Below, in pieces: positions 58,849 to 64,000 of a stretch of 64,000 bases of DNA. Each line of letters opens with the position of its first letter. Position 1 is the stretch's first letter. A model generated the notes under the pieces. The model was given only the letters and a program-made list of their open reading frames with translations, did no database searches and was not told the DNA's origin. The stretch is from contig JAUVXW010000013.1 in the NCBI GenBank assembly GCA_030603385.1, positions 1-64,000 of the forward strand, given 5' to 3'. The translations under genes were made by a program, and so were the position numbers. Source of the DNA: Promethearchaeota archaeon. GTDB taxonomy: Archaea > Asgardarchaeota > Lokiarchaeia > Sigyniarchaeales > SOKP01.

Positions 58849-60171
58849 TTATTGACTTTTCTTATCTTCTAGCGATTCTACCACTCTCGGGTTTAGAATC
58901 CATATCCCAAAAACGAAAAATGGAATCAAAGCCCATTCAACCAAGATTGAAATAATAAAAGGCGTTGTGTGGCTAATTTCATAAACAAGACCACCCAAAA
59001 TAGGACCTATAATAAATCCCATTGAGTCGAAAGAAGTAATTAATCCGAAGATTTTTCCTCGATGTTTTACCGAAATACGGCTGAGGAAATTTATAAAAAC
59101 GAAACCTACCGTAAGCATAATTGTATTATCAATTACGAGCAGTAAAGAAAAAATCCATAGGTTTTTAGTTAAAAAGACAATAACCCATGTTAAAATACCT
59201 CCAACAATACTTGCTATTGAGATAACAAGATAAGGATTAATTTTATCCGCAATAACACCTAATTTGGGAGCAACTAATGTTCCTACTATCATTGCTGGAA
59301 GATAGAACCAACTAATTAAAGCAGGGGGTTCCTTCATATTTTCGAAGATAATTGGTAATATAAATGGTCTATATATGCCTGCATTGATAGCACCTAATAT
59401 AAGAGCAAAAAACAGCAATATTATGCCTAATATATATAAATGTACTGATCTTTCAGTTGATGTAGTATCATTGATTTTCAGTTCTGAGAGATCATCAATT
59501 TCATCAATTGATTCGCTAGGATATTGAAATTTCTTATCCTCATCGACACTTAGAAAAAACCTAATTCCTGCATAAAAATTTGCTATCCCAAATATAGGAA
59601 TTCCACTAAAGATAAGAAAGACGTTATCAGGAGTAAAATAACTAGCTAATCCAAAAATTGAAAAACCGACTATTGTCCCTATTACTTGACCAATACCTAA
59701 CGCAAATCTTCTGCGTCCGAAAGCTGAAGAACGGTGATGTTTGGAGGATTTTTCAGAGATAAGGGTGTCTAACGGGACCCAAAAAAGCATCGCACCAAGA
59801 CCTAAAAGAAACGAGCTAATATAAATTCCAGGTAGTGATTGTAGAATTATAGAAGAATAAAGACCGAAGTATGACAATCCTCGTCCGAACGATCCTATCA
59901 TAACTAATTTCTGTTTAGAGACGTGATCTGTTAGATAGCCAATAAATAGAGAGCTAATTAGACCCCCAAAAGTTAAAAATGCTGGAAAAAGACCAATTGC
60001 TAAGCCAGGTCCTTCCCAAACCTGACTTATCATATAGATCATAATGAAATCTACAAAAAAAAATCCAAGTGAATTCCAGATAACTATAAAAATGACTGAA
60101 TCGAAATCTGAGGTAAATTTATGACTCGGTGGCACCGATTGCTTTTTTAATTTCTTTAAGGGTGATTGCAT
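58849..60171 (-). CDS. MFS transporter
   Basis: 12-TM pattern; GYLTDHVSKQ and GVIADKIN loops; HRGKIFG; GPILGG. Confidence 0.9.
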   Translation of the reverse strand: MQSPLKKLKKQSVPPSHKFTSDFDSVIFIVIWNSLGFFFVDFIMIYMISQVWEGPGLAIGLFPAFLTFGGLISSLFIGYLTDHVSKQKLVMIGSFGRGLSYFGLYSSIILQSLPGIYISSFLLGLGAMLFWVPLDTLISEKSSKHHRSSAFGRRRFALGIGQVIGTIVGFSIFGLASYFTPDNVFLIFSGIPIFGIANFYAGIRFFLSVDEDKKFQYPSESIDEIDDLSELKINDTTSTERSVHLYILGIILLFFALILGAINAGIYRPFILPIIFENMKEPPALISWFYLPAMIVGTLVAPKLGVIADKINPYLVISIASIVGGILTWVIVFLTKNLWIFSLLLVIDNTIMLTVGFVFINFLSRISVKHRGKIFGLITSFDSMGFIIGPILGGLVYEISHTTPFIISILVEWALIPFFVFGIWILNPRVVESLEDKKSQ

Positions 60172-60301
60172 GATAACTAGTATAAAAAAGGGGCAAAGAA
60201 AAAAAATTTTTGGTTTAGTAATTCAATTAATTTCTTTTTTAAATGTGTTTGATGTTTTACTTAATTCTACTTCACGTTCCTTCAATATGGAGGTCGTTTT
60301 T

Positions 60302-60949
60302 CTATAGCCAAAAATGGAAAATCTCTGAGAAAACAGGTCCAACCCAATAATAGAATTTGATCCAATAGATGTAAGTAACCCCAAGATACAATAAAGAGTA
60401 CAAAATACCAAAAATAAAACCAAAAATTACATCAATTGGAAAATGAACACCTAAAATAAGCCTTGAAATAGCTATAACTATGTCTAAAATAATAAAAATA
60501 GTTAAAACAATCCAACTTTGAAAGTGAAAGGTAAAAATGATACCAAAAAGTAGAAAGAAAGCAACGTGTCCACTTGGAAAGGATTGTTTTTCCGATTCTC
60601 GCATAAGGTACGGAATTTTAAGAAAATCATCATGTTTCTTTACCCCATCTTTCTTCAACTTGATATACGGTCGATTTCTCCGAATTATCTTATATCTAAT
60701 CAGACTATGAATAATAATTGATTGCTCAAATCCACTCGTAAATAAGACTAAAAGGTAATAGTTTTTTGTTATATACCCATAAATAAACCATATTAACCAT
60801 ATTAACCCCCAAAAATATAAGGAGCCAAGAAAACTAATAACTATTGCAAACTTTTTTGTTCTTTTACTAAAATCACTTTTGTAAATATTAAGGAATGCCT
60901 TATGATCCCATTCTTCTAATTTTTCAAGATATTCCGACAATAGCGACAT
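60302..60949 (-). CDS. PAP2-family membrane phosphatase
   Basis: RRNRPY, SFPSGH, SRLILGVHFPIDV; ATG at 60949 preferred. Confidence 0.9.
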   Translation of the reverse strand: MSLLSEYLEKLEEWDHKAFLNIYKSDFSKRTKKFAIVISFLGSLYFWGLIWLIWFIYGYITKNYYLLVLFTSGFEQSIIIHSLIRYKIIRRNRPYIKLKKDGVKKHDDFLKIPYLMRESEKQSFPSGHVAFFLLFGIIFTFHFQSWIVLTIFIILDIVIAISRLILGVHFPIDVIFGFIFGILYSLLYLGVTYIYWIKFYYWVGPVFSEIFHFWL

Positions 60950-61198
60950 AAAATTAACAAGGTGTGGATTTGAGTTAATGTGTAAAAATAGATATATATA
61001 GTTTTTCCTATTAATAATCATCTTGATTGATTCTATTGATAAGAATATAATTAGTATTACCTTTAAGAAATTGGTGATTTCAAGCGATCTAATTGCTATG
61101 TAGAAACAACAAATATAAAAATGTTATAAAATATTATTAAATTAAAAACCACGTTTCATTATCTGAATATACGTCCTTACATATTTATCGTGATAATT

Positions 61199-61705
61199 AT
61201 GAGTGTAAATTCAGGATTTTCAGAAGAAAGCCTTAGAAAAATTGCTGCACAGAAAGTTAGTTTTAGGTTCTCTGTGAAGATTCACGTAGCAATTTTTATT
61301 GTTGTAAATGTATTGCTCTTAATGGTTAATTTTTTCTATACACCAGAACTATATTGGGTTGTGTTCCCCTTCTTTTCATGGTTAATAGGAGTAAATATAC
61401 ATACATTATCTTATATTTTATATGCACGAGGAGTTTATCCAATGGCTAAACGAGGAATGATTTACCATTTAGATTCCTATATTTTTGTAATGCTTTTTTT
61501 GTTTATCATTAACTTAATAACACTTCCAGGGTTCTATTGGGTACTTTTACCAACACTTTTTTGGGGTACTGGAGTTATTGTTCATGTAATAATTTACGTT
61601 CTGTTTTATAGTGGAAAAAATAAGAAACCTGGCAAATTTGAATCAAGGATGGAAAGAGCAATTGAAAAAGAAATGAATAAAATGAGGAAAAAACAGAATA
61701 AATAA
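61199..61705 (+). CDS. Protein with two 2TM domains
   Basis: Two repeats of H...F..VN/IN....YW..FP...W.xG..xH; precedes a PadR gene. Confidence 0.8.
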   Translation: MSVNSGFSEESLRKIAAQKVSFRFSVKIHVAIFIVVNVLLLMVNFFYTPELYWVVFPFFSWLIGVNIHTLSYILYARGVYPMAKRGMIYHLDSYIFVMLFLFIINLITLPGFYWVLLPTLFWGTGVIVHVIIYVLFYSGKNKKPGKFESRMERAIEKEMNKMRKKQNK

Positions 61706-61726
61706 AAAATAAAAGGTATCAAATTA

Positions 61727-62353
61727 ATGTGGTTAGGAAAATTCTTAGATCTTGAAGATGATATAAATGAATTAAGGTCTAGGATTAAGGAAGAACTTTT
61801 GAATAGTCTTCGTAAGAATAAGCTAACTCCTCTTGAATTTACAATAATAGAAAGCATCTTTAATAGTAAGCAGCTTTCTGGATATGATTTAATAAAAAAT
61901 TTGAATAGACATTTTGCTGGAACTTGGGAAGCTCAATCTGGTACAGTTTATCCGATATTATCAAAACTAGAAAAAGATGGTTTTTTAAGCGCCCAAAAAG
62001 TTAAAAGTCCAATAGGCCCATTAAGAAAAGTATACTCTTTAACTGAAGCTGGCGGAGAATTATTAAAGTATAAGGTAAATAAAAATTATCTTGATCAACT
62101 TAAATTTATTGAGAATTTCTTAGTAGAACTCTCTTCAATTTATATTCATTCTTTTCCTGAAGAAGAAAAGGAAGAAAGGATAGAGGAAATACGAGAAATT
62201 TTGCAATTAACTTTAAAAAATGTTATGAATAACATTCCTGCTACTCTCGAATTTAAAACAATGTGTAATCAATGTGGATCTGAAATTGGTCGAGAAGTAG
62301 CATATTGTCCTACTTGTGGGGCCTCTTTATTTAATAGTATAGAAAGCAAATAA
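61727..62353 (+). CDS. PadR-family regulator with C-terminal zinc ribbon
   Basis: SGYDLIK, GTVYPILSKLEKDG, RKVYSLTEAG; CNQCG...CPTCG. Confidence 0.9.
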   Translation: MWLGKFLDLEDDINELRSRIKEELLNSLRKNKLTPLEFTIIESIFNSKQLSGYDLIKNLNRHFAGTWEAQSGTVYPILSKLEKDGFLSAQKVKSPIGPLRKVYSLTEAGGELLKYKVNKNYLDQLKFIENFLVELSSIYIHSFPEEEKEERIEEIREILQLTLKNVMNNIPATLEFKTMCNQCGSEIGREVAYCPTCGASLFNSIESK

Positions 62354-62393
62354 AAACTTAGAAAAAAAATTAAGTGAAATTTTTTAAAGCATT

Positions 62394-63653
62394 TTATTCA
62401 ATTTCAATGTTATATTTCTTGAAAATTTTTTCGAGCTCATCGCTAGCTAGATGCTTTAAAATATCTACTAATGGGGCTAAAACTTCCTCTTGCTTTGCCT
62501 TTCTATTTTGGCTAATTCTTCCTTCTTTTACTTGAAAACTCGATTGTGCCCAACTATATTCATCATTAAATGTGAACCAGATTTCTTTATAAGCGCCTTC
62601 TTGTCCTCCATTTCCAGCTAATGGCTTCTTATCGACAGGTACTTCAGGATCTTGTAGATAACACCAATCTAATATTACCCATTCGAGTTTCCTTGAAGAT
62701 TCAGGTCTATCTGCTAAATAGATACAATACGCGTGGCCTCCTTCCTCAGATGAGGGGAATAATGGATTTGTCATTACCTGAGCTGCAGCTACTTTTACTC
62801 TCCATGAAGGAATTCCCGCATTTATCAATAGACCTGCTATTAAAATGGCACCATCTTCACAGTCACCAATTTCCGATTGAATAGATTCAAAAGGGAATTG
62901 CCAAAACTCAGGACATTCGACAGATTCATCATCTCCGATATATTTAAGAAAATCACACACGAACTTCTGAATTACCCTTGCAGTTTCGTTTGCAGTTTCT
63001 CGTCTTAATCCCGCTTGACTTATGACATGCCAAAGAATTGCATCATTATCTTTTATAAAGGTTTTTACATCAGCATCAATTTGTTTTTTATATGATTCAC
63101 CTCTCAATGCCCTAGCTGTGTAAATGATTGGAGCTTTTTCCCATTTATCATTCCAGTATTTAAGACCATATTTGCCATAATCACCTTCAAATGGTGAAAT
63201 TTCAATTAATTCTGGAGGTGTAATAATTTCTTCGTCTTTCTTCCCTTTCTTCTCTTTCTTTTCTGGTTCTCCTGAAAGAGATTTAGCATTTATAATCCAT
63301 TTTTTTACTTCACTCTCTGTTGGAACCTTTGTAAGAACTTTTGGTTTTTCTTTTTTCAAATCCTTCAGTTTAGTTATAATACTTTTTGGATTTCTACGTG
63401 CGAATTCTTTTACAGAATCAATTCCAATTAGGTTTAGAGCATTTGCGATTTTTGGATTGACTCCATCAATCCTCATTAAATCTGCATGCTCTTGCCAGCT
63501 ATCAAGAAGTTCAGCGGATACTCCAATCTTTTTCGCCAGTTTTTTGATTTGACTTGTTGTTAGAGGTAATAGGTCTTCAACGTTCCCAAATCCTTGTTTT
63601 TCCAAAAGACTAGCATGTACCTTATCAATTCCTACAATTTCTATAATTTTCAT
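62394..63653 (-). CDS. DUF4332 (helix-hairpin-helix) domain fused to a transglutaminase-like cysteine peptidase domain
   Basis: IVGI, W..HADLMRIDGV, GIDSVKEFARRNP, VPTESEVKKWI; EFWQFP, GDCEDGAIL, GGHAY, ILDW triad. Confidence 0.82.
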   Translation of the reverse strand: MKIIEIVGIDKVHASLLEKQGFGNVEDLLPLTTSQIKKLAKKIGVSAELLDSWQEHADLMRIDGVNPKIANALNLIGIDSVKEFARRNPKSIITKLKDLKKEKPKVLTKVPTESEVKKWIINAKSLSGEPEKKEKKGKKDEEIITPPELIEISPFEGDYGKYGLKYWNDKWEKAPIIYTARALRGESYKKQIDADVKTFIKDNDAILWHVISQAGLRRETANETARVIQKFVCDFLKYIGDDESVECPEFWQFPFESIQSEIGDCEDGAILIAGLLINAGIPSWRVKVAAAQVMTNPLFPSSEEGGHAYCIYLADRPESSRKLEWVILDWCYLQDPEVPVDKKPLAGNGGQEGAYKEIWFTFNDEYSWAQSSFQVKEGRISQNRKAKQEEVLAPLVDILKHLASDELEKIFKKYNIEIE

Positions 63654-63740
63654 GTTTAACGCTCTAAAATTTTATTCTAATGCAAATAAATCAGTATAAC
63701 TATAAAAAGAAGATATTAAAATTCTATAAAAAAATTTAGA

Positions 63741-63998
63741 CTAAAAATGAATAACAAATTTCTTTTTTCGTTGTTCTAACGAAACAGCTAAAAACGCCTT
63801 ATTTTGTACTAAATTAAAAATCAACTCAGCAATTTCTTCATTATTCAGCTTAAGCGAACCACTGATTTCATAAAATAATTTTTCTAGCAAAAATCCGCCT
63901 TTAGTTTTATGAGCAAGGACTTTAGCGAATTGAAAAACTTTTTTAGATTTTGGAGATAATTTTTTTCCCTTCGTTGAGCCTAATTTATACGGTAAGGT
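63741..63998 (-). CDS. C-terminal part of a gene running off the window edge (wHTH-like tail)
   Basis: Open frame TLPYKLGSTKGKKLSPKSKKVFQFAK...ELIFNLVQNKAFLAVSLEQRKKKFVIHF*. Confidence 0.7.
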   Translation of the reverse strand, partial: TLPYKLGSTKGKKLSPKSKKVFQFAKVLAHKTKGGFLLEKLFYEISGSLKLNNEEIAELIFNLVQNKAFLAVSLEQRKKKFVIHF

Positions 63999-64000
63999 TA

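Noticed and set aside
291-62884. Short ORFs antisense or out of frame within long genes (e.g. 291-479, 756-1061, 11544-11864, 28040-28453, 35834-36217, 39752-40144, 62621-62884)
   Set aside because: Shadow ORFs overlapping well-supported genes, with no motifs

Overview
AT-rich (about 30% GC by eye) chromosomal window from an Asgard archaeon, most likely Lokiarchaeia/Promethearchaeota. The assignment rests on archaeal housekeeping genes (L37e-Sm pair, tRNA splicing endonuclease subunit, PINA, ASH-Ski2-type helicase, SepF) co-occurring with many eukaryotic-signature proteins: an actin-related protein, a Rab-like small GTPase, two longin-like proteins, a roadblock protein, a ubiquitin/SUMO-like protein, two SDS22-type LRR proteins, two SIRT6/7-like sirtuins and an SSUH2-like zinc-finger protein. 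Metabolic genes include guaB, purH, folD, nadA, 2-hydroxyacyl-CoA dehydratase subunits, duplicated nitronate monooxygenase-like genes, an esterase, a sulfatase and transporters. No rRNA, tRNA, CRISPR array or transposase was seen. Main leads: (1) a ubiquitin-like gene with a cleavable pro-tail and structured 3' UTR, flanked by two LRR proteins sharing an uncharacterised N-terminal domain; (2) an actin with a double zinc-ribbon insertion and altered catalytic residues; (3) a HEAT plus tandem winged-helix protein resembling the UFM1 E3 ligase UFL1; (4) at least two genes that appear to start at non-canonical AUA/AUU codons behind well-spaced Shine-Dalgarno motifs; (5) a frameshifted Rab-coiled-coil gene behind a tandemly duplicated promoter; (6) an HD-dNTPase/winged-helix pair that may be defensive. 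All family calls come from motif recognition by eye; no searches were run.
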